In this document: one piece after another, positions 41,798-57,352 of the stretch | Layout of the letters: every line of letters begins with the position of its first letter | Position numbering within the stretch: position 1 is the first letter of the stretch | Notes under the pieces: model-generated | Database searches by the model: none | The model's input: only the letters and a program-made list of their open reading frames with translations | Told to the model about the DNA's origin: nothing | DNA from: Dictyostelium discoideum | Taxonomy: Eukaryota | DNA length: 64,000 nucleotides | Assembly: GCA_000004695.1 (NCBI GenBank) | Contig: CM000153.2 | Span: 1,728,001-1,792,000, forward strand | Direction: 5' to 3' | Program-made: the position numbers and the translations under genes

Positions 41798-42739
41798 AAT
41801 GAAGATATTGTAATGAATTTTCTGATTTCTATTTTTTTTTTTTTTTCAAAAATTTATTTTAATATTGTTATTTTTGATTGTTACAAATGTATTATTATAA
41901 AAATCATTAAAAATCATATTTATCCATAGATTATTTTTCATTATATTTTTAAAAAATGTACATACAAAAATTATATATATATATATTTTTTTTTTTTATT
42001 CCTATAAATATATATAATTTTAATTATTTTATATTTTTTTTATTTTTTATTCCAATCTAATATTGATTTTATGTTTTATTGTAATTGGTGGTAATTCCAA
42101 AGATATAATTAAAACTCGTATGTGATTTGAAATGAGATATATACTTGAAAATTATTTAAAATGATGGTTTTTTTATTTTTTTTTTTTTTTGATTAAAGGT
42201 ACCTTTTTCTATTTTTTTTTGTGGTTTTTTAAAGTTTGTGGTTGTGGTTTATACATGTTGATATAAGATGTATGTGTTAAATAATAAATCAACCCCCCAA
42301 TCTCACATTTTAACTATTATTTTTGTAAATATTATAATTTTATTTTGATTTTTTAAAATTAACACATACATAGATTAATATAAATGGTTAGTGAGCCAAA
42401 TTAATTTATTTTATAGTAATAATTTATAATGATAATTGCAAAAGGAAATAACATGTGTGTTCTATTTTATTGTATAAAAAAAATTAAAAATAAATTAAAT
42501 ATAATTGTAATGGTGTTATAGTGTAGTGGTGGTAGAAGTAATAGTCAATTACTATAAACCAATAAACACACACAAACTACCACTTATTTTTCACACCACA
42601 CTATTTAACTCACCACTAATACTTCAATTGGTGAATAAAAGGAACAACTACAAAAAAACAATAATAATAACAACCATAAAAAAAAAAAAAAAAAAAAAAA
42701 AATTAAATTGATAAACACCACCACACACTATACATATAT

Positions 42740-42809
<70 letters not shown>

Positions 42810-43659
42810 TAAAAAATGTTTGTTATTACCACAGTTATATAAGCACACAACACAAAACAACACAAACTAAATTATAAAATAAACATTACCACACATTATA
42901 ATTACCTCCGGTACAACTTTAACAATAATATATCTAATATATATAAACTTTCGATAGTATAAATTCCAATAATCACACATATACCAACACTACATATTAC
43001 ACTTTTTTATAAAATCTATTCAATGATTGAAATAAATTAAAGGAATACTTAAATTAAAAAAATTAATAAACCACAAACTACCACATGAATTGTTATTATA
43101 ATGATATTGACAACAAATTTTTACCACTAACTCACTCACTATCTCACTCACTCACACACTCACTCATTATCCATCTATCATCCAAACTTTTTTTTTCTTA
43201 CACTCATATATGTTTATCACCCTTCTTTAAATCAAATGTAAAAATAAAACCAAAAAAAAAATTATAAATAAAAAAAATTAAAATTAAAATTAAATAAAAA
43301 ATAATATTAAAAAAAATAATAATTTATTAAAATCATCACCAAATATACAACAACAAATAATAGAACAACAATAAATTAAAAAAAAAAAAAAAAACACTAC
43401 CAAAAAACAACAGCTGCAATAACAACAGCTACAACTACAACTACAACAACAATAACAACAGCCAATGTTTTTTTTTTCTTTTTTTTTTTTTTTTCTTTTT
43501 TTTTTTTTTTTATTATTATTTTTAATTTAATGATTTAATTAAAAAATTTGTTCTTTTGTCCCAATTCAACTAGAAAATTAAACAAATTATGAATGTTTTT
43601 ATTTTTTTCATTAAAACATTTAAAAAAAACAATAGGTTTTTAAAATTTAATTTATTGGA

Positions 43660-43690
<31 letters not shown>

Positions 43691-44329
43691 CAACTATTCA
43701 AAAAAAAAAAACCAATTATTTTGATATCAAAATAAATCATTTTTTTTTTGTTGCATTCAATCCAGTGAGCAATAATATTTTCTGTAAAAAAAAAAGTAAG
43801 GTAAATAATAAATGGTTAACCTTTTTTTTTTTTTTATTTTGTGGATTTTTTTTTTTTTTTTTTTTTCTAGTCAACCATAACACCTTTTTTTTTTTATTTT
43901 TTATTTTTTTTTAAAAAACTATTTTTTTTAAATTTTTTGCTTTTTTTTTTTTTAAAATTTGATTAGTACTCTATTATTGAATAGCTAATCAAATTGTGGT
44001 TTAATTCTAAATCACCATTCTTCTTTCGATGACTATTTATTTATTATTGGACCTTTTGGTATTAAAATAATATCATAAGATTTAAATGGTTTTTATAAGT
44101 TGAAAATAAAAAAAATTAAAAAATAATTATTATTTTTTTTTTTTTAATTTTAAAAAAAAAAAAAAAAAAAAATTGATTGTTAATATTTTATTTCCACAAT
44201 CACAATCATTTAATTATTTTTTTTGTTCAATACCTAATATTTTTTATTCTTGGTAAATATCTTTTTTTAAAAAAAAATAATCATTATTTTTTTTACATAT
44301 TAATTATAAAAAAAAAAATAATAATAATA

Positions 44330-44372
<43 letters not shown>

Positions 44373-45234
44373 CTATTACCATAGTTTTTGATGTTGTAAT
44401 TTTCGATTCCAATTGATTTTTTTATTTACCTGCCTAATAATATCATAAATAATTTTATTATTATTTTTAAAAAATAAAAAATTAAAAAAAAAAAAATCAC
44501 CAAAAAAACAGATATAATCTCTTTTTTTATTTTCATTTTTTTTTTTTTTTAAATCAAAATAAAAAAAACATTTTAAAACAAATTAATTTATTATAATAAA
44601 AAAAAAACAATCATTTTAAAATGTTTTTCAAACAATATCACATTTGGAATTAAAAATAATTAAAATCACATTAATATCATTAGTGATGAATAAAATAAAA
44701 AAAATAAAATAAATCAATTAACCAATCTATAAATCAATTCCATTTATGTAATTGATTTTAAACCTCAATAATAATAATATTATAAACACCATCTGTTAAT
44801 TACCACTATTTTTGTACAAATATATATAAATGTTTTTTCCTTTTTTTTTATTATTATTCTGATAAAAAATCCTCGTTCTAAGTTAACTGTTTGTTTTGAA
44901 TTCCTAAGAGGATTTTTGTACAGTGATGATCAACCTTTGTATTCATTAAATAATAAATAGACACAATTTATAATAAATTTTAAAATTTATTTGTAGATTA
45001 TTTTTTTTTTTTTTTATTGTAACTTTATGTCATTTTTTTATTATTGTTTTTTTTATTTTGTTGTAGTTTTTGTTGTTGTTATTTTTTTTGTGTTTGTTAT
45101 TTATTTATTTATTAATTAAAAAAAAAAAAAAAAAAAAAAAAAGAGCAAATTTGCATTCTTAATTAATAACCACTTCACACTGCTGCCAATTAATATTTGG
45201 ATCTACATATCAAACGCACTCACACCCCAAATTA

Positions 45235-45237
<3 letters not shown>

Positions 45238-45270
<33 letters not shown>
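45238..45270. repeat. (CA)n dinucleotide microsatellite (about 14 copies); the complementary (GT)n is at 49015..49036
   Basis: cacacacacacacacacacacacacacaaaaacg at 45238, and tgtgtgtgtgtgtgtgtgttg at 49015. Confidence 0.9.
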
Positions 45271-45273
<3 letters not shown>

Positions 45274-45760
45274 CGATAAATGCAACTATCACTACCACTA
45301 CTATGCTTTTCATCACCAACAAATCATTTATTTTTGTTTTAAAAATTTTTCATAAAAAAAAAAAAAAAAATTTAAATAAAAAAAAAAAAAAATCCTGATA
45401 CACCATTAACGCACTCATATCCATTTTCAGTTCTAAAATATGCACAACACATTTGAAATTTTTTTTTTTTTTTTTTTTTCTGTTGTTGGTTTCATAATCT
45501 TTAAAATTGTTACCAACTCACCCCATTTTTAAAATTGCTTGTGTGTGCTTTTTGTCAAAAAATTAAATTTCAATAATTGAATTGTGAATCACTTTCAACT
45601 TTAACCTCAATTTGGTCTCAACAATCTCAATATATGAAAGGGTTTTCCTTTTGATAATCAATAATGATGAAAAAAAAAAACTATTTTACAAACAAAGATT
45701 TTTAAATAACAATTAATTTTTTCATAAAATGATTATTATCAGGTTAGGCAATTTTTCTTT

Positions 45761-45802
<42 letters not shown>

Positions 45803-46300
45803 CAAAATAAAAAAAAAAAAAAGAACACCCAAGATGTATTAAATTAAAAGTTTTTTCAATTATTTTTTTTTTTTATCACTCTTACAAATAATTATTTGTT
45901 TAAAAAAAAAAAAATAATAGATATAAAAAAAAATAAATAATAATATAAATAATAAATAATATAATATATAAATAATTATATAAATATAAATATAAAATTA
46001 ATAATTTTTTTTATTACTTACAAATTTAAAAAAAAAAAAAAATATATACATATTAAAATAAAAAAAAAAAATTAATCAAAAATAACAATAACAACAATAG
46101 AAAAAAAAGTATTTACTTTATAATTATATTTGTACATTATTTTTATACTACAAACTTTAATTATTTTTAATTTATTAAATTTAATATAAATTCAACATAT
46201 ATAACACTTAATCCCCCATTTTTATTTTTTTTAAAAAAAATAAATTATTAAATAAAAAAAACAATTCCAACCAATCATACCCATTCTTTAAACAATTAAG

Positions 46301-46347
<47 letters not shown>

Positions 46348-46789
46348 AACTACAAGTAATACACCTACAATCACATAAAAACCAAAACAACATAAGAAAT
46401 TAATTAATTAAAACCCCTATTTTTTTTTTTAAATCGATTTTTTTATATTTTTATTTTTATTTATTTTTAAATTTATTTTTAAATTTATTTTTGTTTTTCA
46501 AACTTATTTTAAATTTTTTTTTTTAATTTTTTATTTTTTTTTTTTTTTTGAAAACAGATAAAAACATTTGCGCAAGTTTTATTTATTGATACATCACCAA
46601 ACCATTCTCATTCATAAATCTATTGTATTTTTTGTTCATATGAATTTTTTCCACTTACTTAAAAAAAAAAAAAAAAATTATATAAAATAGCTTAGTGCTC
46701 CCTCCTCCTTTATTTTTATTTTTTTTTTTCCCAATTTAGATTATTAAGTAATTAAAATCACAATCTTTAAAAAAGAAAATCTCAAAGGT

Positions 46790-46828
<39 letters not shown>

Positions 46829-47071
46829 TTTTTAATCCCTTTAAAACAAATAATTTTTATCATTATCATAAATACCACATCAATTTTTTTATTTTTTTTT
46901 TTTTTTAATTTTTTTATTTTTTAATTTGTAAATTTAACTTAATAATTTAGTTGTAATTATTTTTTTTTTTTTTTATTTTTTTATTTATTATTTTTTTTTT
47001 GCTCTTTCTACTTTTTTTCCTATCTCACTTTTTATCTCTATTATTTTTTAATTTTTTTTTTTACATCGAAC

Positions 47072-47113
<42 letters not shown>

Positions 47114-47487
47114 AAAACTACAAACCATAACTAGTGTAGTTTATAACGATTATTAAACCCTTAGACTGTTTGGTTTATTTAAAATTTTTTTTTTTTTTTT
47201 TTTTTTCATATCCTCTAAATTTTCCCAAACACAGAAAAACTATTTAACTCCTTCGATTCATTGCATGGTTTTTTTTTTTTTTTTTAATTTTTCAAAATTT
47301 ATTAATCTCGCCCAACCAATCAACAATTCATTGCAAATTCAAAAAAAAAAAAAAAAAAAAAAAACAGATATTTTTAATTTTTAATTTTTTTTGTAAATTT
47401 TGATTATTGGATATTTATAGAAAGATTTTTTTTTTTTTTTCAATTAAAAATCACATTCCAATTGTTGCCAAAATTTATTTTCATTAA

Positions 47488-47528
<41 letters not shown>

Positions 47529-48334
47529 AATTGTTTTTAAAAAAAAAAAATATGTTTTTTTTTATTAAATAGTATCACTCTTTGCATTATTTATTTATTT
47601 ATTTATTTATTTTAATTTTAAAAAATTTGTTAAAAAAAAAAAAAAATTTAATCATACCTTAAAAAATACAAAAGGTATTATTTTTTTTGTTTGAAAATTT
47701 TTATTTTTTCCACACCCACTCATTACACTGGACGAAATCTCACCGATGTGAAATTAGCAAAATTACAAAAAAAAAAAAAAAAAAAAAAAAAAGAAAAGAA
47801 AAAAAAAAAAAATTAAAAAAAAAAATTAAAGTTGCAATGACCTCAATATTGGAATGATTTTTTTTTTTATATATTTTTTTATATTTTTTAATCAAAATTC
47901 AAAAAAGTTCTTATTGAATTTTTTTTTAAAACTTAGATATTGCAATATATGTTGTCATTTACATTGTTGTCTTTTATTCTGTAATTTGGAAGCCCATTAA
48001 CATTTTTATTTTTGGTGTAAATATGCAAACAAATGTTTTTTTTATTTTGACCTTTTTTTTTTTTATTAAAAAAATAAAAATAAAAATTGCATCCAATGCC
48101 AATTTTTCCCATTACCCCTCATCATCAACACCTTCCACTCCCTTTAAATTTTTTTAAATTATCAATACTATTATTATTATTATTATTTTTTTTTTTTTTT
48201 TTTAATTATTGTTAAAAAATTAAAAAAAAAAAAAATCACAATAAAAAAAAAAAAAAAATCAATCAAAAAAAAAAAAATAGTATATATTTATTAATTTATT
48301 TTTCTTTATTTATACAGTGTATCAATTATAGACA

Positions 48335-48386
<52 letters not shown>

Positions 48387-49588
48387 TAAAAAAAAAAAAA
48401 AAAAAAAAATTATTTCAATATTATTGGTCAATTAATTTAAAGGTAATTTAACACATTTTTATTTATTTTTTCCTTTTTCCATTGACATTTTTCACACCAA
48501 AAAATTATTATTAGAATTTTTTCCATTTTTTCCATTGTTTTTTTCCATTGTTTTTTTTTGGATTTTATTTTATTCTATTTTTTTTTTTTTATGGATTACA
48601 ATTTTATGTATAATAATAAAACCCACAAAAAAAAAAAAAAAAAATCTTACCTTTTCAAATTATGAGAAAATTCTATATCCATGCCAACTCGGCTTTTTTA
48701 TCATCGCACACAATAATATCACACACTTTTTTCTGTGTGTGAGTGTGTGTAGCAATATTTATCACATCATTCCACTATCGACCCCTTTAAATTGTGTTTT
48801 TCATTGTTGCGTCAATATTGGCGATGTAAAATTGTGTTTTCTTAGTTTATAAAGTGTGATTAAAAATAACAACATTCTTAAAATTTTAAAACCGTTTGTG
48901 TTTTTTCACAGCTTTATATTTGATTTGTAACTTTAAAATTTAAAAAAAAAAAAAAAAAATTAAAAAATCCACACCCCCACTCACCAACACTCAATCCAAA
49001 TAGTTTTTTTTTTGTGTGTGTGTGTGTGTGTGTTGTATCTCAAACAAGTAGATCGATGAAAGTTTTTTTATTTTTTTTTTAATAAACTGGTGCCAGAATT
49101 CTATTTTTAAATTTATTTTTTTTTAAATATTTTTTTTTTTTTTTTTTTTATTTGATAGAAACCCATTCAAACCATTCATTGTTTTTAATTTTTATTTTTT
49201 TTTTTTTTATTTTTTTTATATTTTAAAAAAAAATACCTATGGTTCCAATTTTTCAAATTAAATTCTCAAAAATAATTATTACCATTGTGTGTGTTTGTGT
49301 GTTTTGAAATTATATCACCATAACAACCCACTTTAAACCCACCCTTTCTTTTTTTATACATTTTTTTTTTTTTTTTTTTTTATTAATAAAAAAAAAAAAA
49401 ACTGTTTTATTAGAAATCATTTCAAAAAAACACCTCACCATTATTTTTAATTTATTTTATTTGTTATTTTTTTTTTTAAAAATTATTTCATCTAATTATT
49501 TCTTTATTTATTGATTTATTTTATATTTTTTTTAATTTCTAAATTCATAAATCTTAATCACATTGTTTTAATCAACTAAATTATCTAT

Positions 49589-49627
<39 letters not shown>

Positions 49628-49780
49628 TTAATTTAATTAATTAATTAATTTATTTATTAATTTATTTTTTATTTTATTTTTATGATTTTAAAAATTATTT
49701 ATTTAAAATAATAGTAATATTACAACAAAAAATTTCTCAATTCAATCATACACACATTATTATTAAAATTCCAAAAAAAA

Positions 49781-49812
<32 letters not shown>

Positions 49813-49901
49813 AGAAAAAAAAAAAATAAATAATAAATATATAAACAAAACCAATTACAAACTAATAAAATTTTAATAATAAAATAAAATTAAATAATAA
49901 A

Positions 49902-52775
<2,874 letters not shown>

Positions 52776-52886
52776 ATTTTGTAAATTTTTTTTTTTCTTT
52801 GGAAAGAAAAAAAAAAAAAAAAAAACAAAAAAATTGTAATAATATAATTAATAATATTAATAACGTTGTATATATGTATATATGTA

Positions 52887-52940
<54 letters not shown>

Positions 52941-53347
52941 GAAAAAAAAAAAGAAAAAAAAAAAAAAAGAAAAAAAGAATATTAAAATGGATTAATTGGT
53001 AAAAAGAAATATTAAAAAGAATTGGAGTAATCAACTTTTCTTTTTTTTTTTTTTTTTTTTTATTCAATTTTACAATGGAAAAAAAAAAAAAAAAAAATAT
53101 CAATTTCCAACCCAAGAATTCAACAATTATATATTTATATATACAATTGTATGAAAATCATTTAAAAATTAGGAAAAAAAAAAAAAAAGAAATATAAAAA
53201 AAGAAAAAAAAAAAAAAGAAAAAAAGAAAATTGTAAATAAAAAAAAAAAAATAAAAATAAAATAAATTATCATTTTTTAAAAAATAAATAAACCACGTTG
53301 TTTTATAAACTTATTATTATTATTATTATTTTAAATTTATTTTGAAT

Positions 53348-54846
53348 TTATTTTGAATAATTTGTCCATTTACCACCTTCTTTTGAATAAAAATCCATTG
53401 GATAAACTGATTGCCAATTGATACCACCTAAACAAACTTCAGCTTCATAAGGATTTAATAAAGGTGTAGTGAAAGCGTAACCCCAGTCAATTGATAAACG
53501 TGGACATGCAATTTGTATCCAAGATTCAATATCAGAGAACATATCTAATTTTGCAGGGAAAATTTCAGAGAGTAAAACTGTGGTATAATGTTTACCATTT
53601 GATTTTAAGAGTTGTTCTAAATGATCCAAAATCTTTGGTGAACCTTGTCTACCTAATGTGCCTAAAATAATACCAAATTTGGTTGCTTTTGATGCAGTTT
53701 CAATTGCATCCCTTCTAATTTTATACATCTCTTGGAAATCATATTTCTCCAATGAGAATACCTTACTGTATGGATCATATCTGTAGGATTTGACATGTGG
53801 ATTTGAAATCATGATGGACTCTAAATGAAATCTACCATCGCCTAAATAAATCACGATTTCATTGTTTTCCTCGTCTCCATCTGGTGAGGTGAATTTAATT
53901 TTTGGGGAAGTGCAACCCAATATTTCACCAGGTGATAGTGGTTTCTCTTGTGGTATGAATATATTTGAAAAGTACTCTGACAAAGGCTCCCTTGATGATT
54001 GAAGCGATGCAGAGAATTGGATAGTTGATACCATGATTAATTTTTGAGTTTGTTTAAAATTGAATTTAAGTGTTTCAATGAAATGTTGAAGATCGAATTG
54101 AATATCAACGAAAACATATAACATTTTAATCTCACTAACGTCGATGGGTATTAAACAAGAGTGACCGTAATGTACCATAAAATCGGCACCCAACGATCTG
54201 GCTGTGTAATCATCGACACAACATGCCCCATAGGTAACATCACCCATTATAATGGTTTCAACCGATGCAAACTTTTCAATGATATCCGATATGATACAAC
54301 TATACATTAATAAACCTTCTGGAAATTGTAATGCCACTCTTTTAGCTGATGCTTGTTTAATTCTCCAAATGGTTTTAAATATTTCAAAATTATAATTACT
54401 TGGTAATATTTTAACTGCTAAATTTAATTCTTTATCATTCATAATCTCATCTGGTATTTGTTGTGCTGCCATTGCTAATCCTCTACCAAATACTTTAACT
54501 TTTTCTATTTTTTTTAAAAATAAAAAAATAATTAATTTATTATTATTTAATTTAAATCGATATACATATACATATAATATTTACTCTCTGTTGTTACTAT
54601 ATCTTTTGTAATAGGTGTTGTTGTTGTTGTTGTTGTTGTTGTTGTCTTTGTTGTTGTTACATTATCAATATTTTCATTTTGTTGTTGTTGTTGTGCTGCT
54701 ATCTTTTTTTTACCAACAAACCTTCTTTTTAAGGTTACTGATGGTGTTGTATTTGTATCTGTAGTTGGTGGTGTTGTATCATTTGTATCTGTATTGGTTA
54801 TAGTATTGATAACTACATTATCTTCAATATTATTACTATCTGACAT
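53348..54846 (-). CDS. dph1: Diphthamide biosynthesis protein 1 (DPH1, 2-(3-amino-3-carboxypropyl)histidine synthase subunit 1); complement(join(53348..54504,54585..54846))
   Basis: Exon 1 (track ORF 54547..54846) is joined through a gtaaat donor at 54584 and an aaaatag acceptor at 54505/54506. This gives ...TKDIVTTE|[42 protein letters not shown]... Exon 2 aligns end-to-end with human DPH1 ([28 protein letters not shown]...[32 protein letters not shown]...[13 protein letters not shown]...[11 protein letters not shown]...YRYDPYSKV...[13 protein letters not shown]...LLSEIFPSKL...[10 protein letters not shown]...PYEA). Confidence 0.9.
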
Positions 54847-55121
54847 TTTTTTTTTATTATTTGTTTATTATGAAATGATATTTCCAAAAATAAATGATGA
54901 TTTTTTTTTTTTTTTTTTTTTTTAATTAAAACGATTATTTCGTTTTTTGGGAAATAAAAAAAAATAAAAATTAAAAAAATAAAAAATAAAAATTAGTTTT
55001 TTTCAATTTTTTTAATTAATTTTTTATTTTTAAACAAAAATTTTTTTTTTTTTTTTTTTTTTTTTAAAATTCAATATACAAATAGATAAAAAAAAAAAAA
55101 GATAATAAATAAAATTTTTTA

Positions 55122-55392
55122 ATGGGTCGAAGTAAATCACATAACAAATTATATATAACTAAAACCGAATGGATTCATGATTTTGGTGGTAAAAAAGATG
55201 GTGAAAAAAAGAATGCATTTAGACCATTACCGTTTTATTGTTGTTCATTATCATTACAACATTTAGATGACCCAATGTCAAATGAAAATGGTAATTTATT
55301 TGATTTAGTGTATGTAAAAATTATATATTTATATAATAGAAATAATAATAATACAAATAAAATAAAAACAATTGTCAAACACTAATAATTAC

Positions 55393-55426
<34 letters not shown>

Positions 55427-55905
55427 TATTTAATGCCATATATAAAAAAACATGGAAAAGATCCTATTACAAATAAACCATCTACAATGAAAGATTATTT
55501 TCCAATCACGTTTTCTAAAAATGAAAATGGTAAATATAAACATAATAAATATAAATACAATTTAATGAAGAAAATAATTTTATTAATTTTTTAATTTTTT
55601 CTATTTATTTTATATTAAAAATAGATGAATATCATTGTCCAATTTTAAATAAAGTATTTACAGATTTCACTCATATAGTTTGTATTAAAACAACAGGAAA
55701 TGTTTATAGTTATGAAGCAGTTAATAAATTAAATATTGAAGCTAAAAATTGGATTGATTTATTAAGTGATAAACCATTTACAAAGAATGATATAATTACA
55801 ATTCAAGATCCTGAAAACAGAGCAAATAAAAATAATATTAGTAATTTTCATTTTGTTAAAGAAGGTATAGATTTTTCAAAAACATATGATCAAAATTCAA
55901 TCTCA

Positions 55906-55995
<90 letters not shown>

Positions 55996-57177
55996 TATAA
56001 TATAAAAAATGAAGATAATGAAAATGTTAATACAAATGAAGCAACATCGAGAATATTTAAAGAGATGAAAGAAAAAGGTATATTATTATCAGATAAAGAG
56101 AAAGAGAAAGCATTAAAAGTGAAATTAGAGAAACAAGAGGAAGAACAAGAAAAGAAATTAATGACAGAGGAAGAGAAAAAAAAGATAATGTTTGAAAAGT
56201 TTAAAAAAGAGAAACAAGAGAAAGAGGATGCAATAAAGAAACATGCTGTACAAGCACCCTCTTTTACGAGTACAGGTTTTACAAAGAAACAATTTGAAGA
56301 GGAACATCCATCATTAACAGCGGGAAAGAAAACCAAGAAGAAGGGTTACCTTCAATTGAAAACCAATCTTGGTGATTTAAACATTCAGTTACATTGTGAT
56401 TTAGCACCAAAGGCATGTGAAAACTTTTTATCATTAAGTGAAAATGGTTATTATAATGGTGTAACATTTCATAGGTTAATAAAGAATTTTATGATCCAAG
56501 GTGGTGATCCATCTGGTACAGGTTCTGGTGGTCAATCAGTTTGGGGAAAACCATTCAAAGATGAGTTCTCACCTCTATTGAAATACAATGAACGTGGTTT
56601 ACTTTGTATGGCAAATTCTGGTACAAATACAAATGGTTCACAATTTTTCATCACCCTCAGATCGGATTTACCACATTTGGAAAGAAAACATACAATATTT
56701 GGTAAAGTGGTTGGTGGTTTAGAGGTTTTGAAAACTATGGAAATGGTTAAAACCAATGAATCTGATGATCGTCCAAATCATACTATCAAAATAAATGCTA
56801 TCAATATCTTTGAAAATCCTTTCAATTCTTTGGATGAAGAACAATTTGAAGATAAATTAAAACAAGAGAAAAAAGAAAGAGAAAAGAAACAATTACCTCA
56901 ACAAATTGATAAAGATATTGAAGGTAATCAAATCTCCTCTTGGTATAGTAATCCAACACCACAACAAAAAGTTTTAAATCCTTCAAAAGATGTTGGTAAA
57001 TATTTACCAACATCCAATACCAATACTACTACCACTGCCACAACTTCATTAGGTAAAAGATTAAATAATTTACCACCTCCAAAAAATAATTCTTTAAAAG
57101 AATCTTTAATTCAAGAACAATTACAAAAAAAATCAAAAACAACTGGTGGTTCATTTGGTAATTTCTCAAATTGGTGA
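55122..57177 (+). CDS. Peptidyl-prolyl cis-trans isomerase-like 2 (PPIL2/Cyp60; U-box plus cyclophilin domain); join(55122..55309,55426..55529,55625..57177)
   Basis: Exon 1 reads MGRSKSHNKLYITKTEWIHDFGGKK...FRPLPFYCCSLSLQHLDDPMSNENGNLFDLV|gtatgt (human: MGKRQHQKDKMYITCAEYTHFYGGKK...FRRLPFDHCSLSLQPFVYPVCTPDGIVFDLL). Exon 2 reads YLMPYIKKHGKDPITNKPSTMKDYFPITFSKNEN. Exon 3 reads EYHCPILNKVFTDFTHIVCIKTTGNVYSYEAVNKLNIEAKNW... through a poly-N insert to a cyclophilin domain (GYLQLKTNLGDLNIQLHCDLAPKACENFLSLSENGYYNGVTFHRLIKNFMIQGGDPSGTGSGGQSVWGKPFKDEF...MANSGTNTNGSQFFIT...KHTIFGKVVGGLEVL) and the conserved terminus GNFSNW*. Confidence 0.9.
55911..55996 (+). repeat. (AAT)n of about 28 copies encoding a poly-Asn insert within PPIL2 exon 3
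   Basis: Directly visible. Confidence 0.9.
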
Positions 57178-57352
57178 GAAAATTTAATAATTTAATTTAA
57201 TTTACTTTTTTTTTTTTTTTTTTTTTAAACAATATTTACAAATAAAAATTGAGGCCAACAAAAAAAAAAAAAAAATTGACCATTTTTTGAAATTTCATTT
57301 TTCATTTTTTTTTATTTTTTTTATTGTGATTTTTTAAAAAAAGGAACTGATC

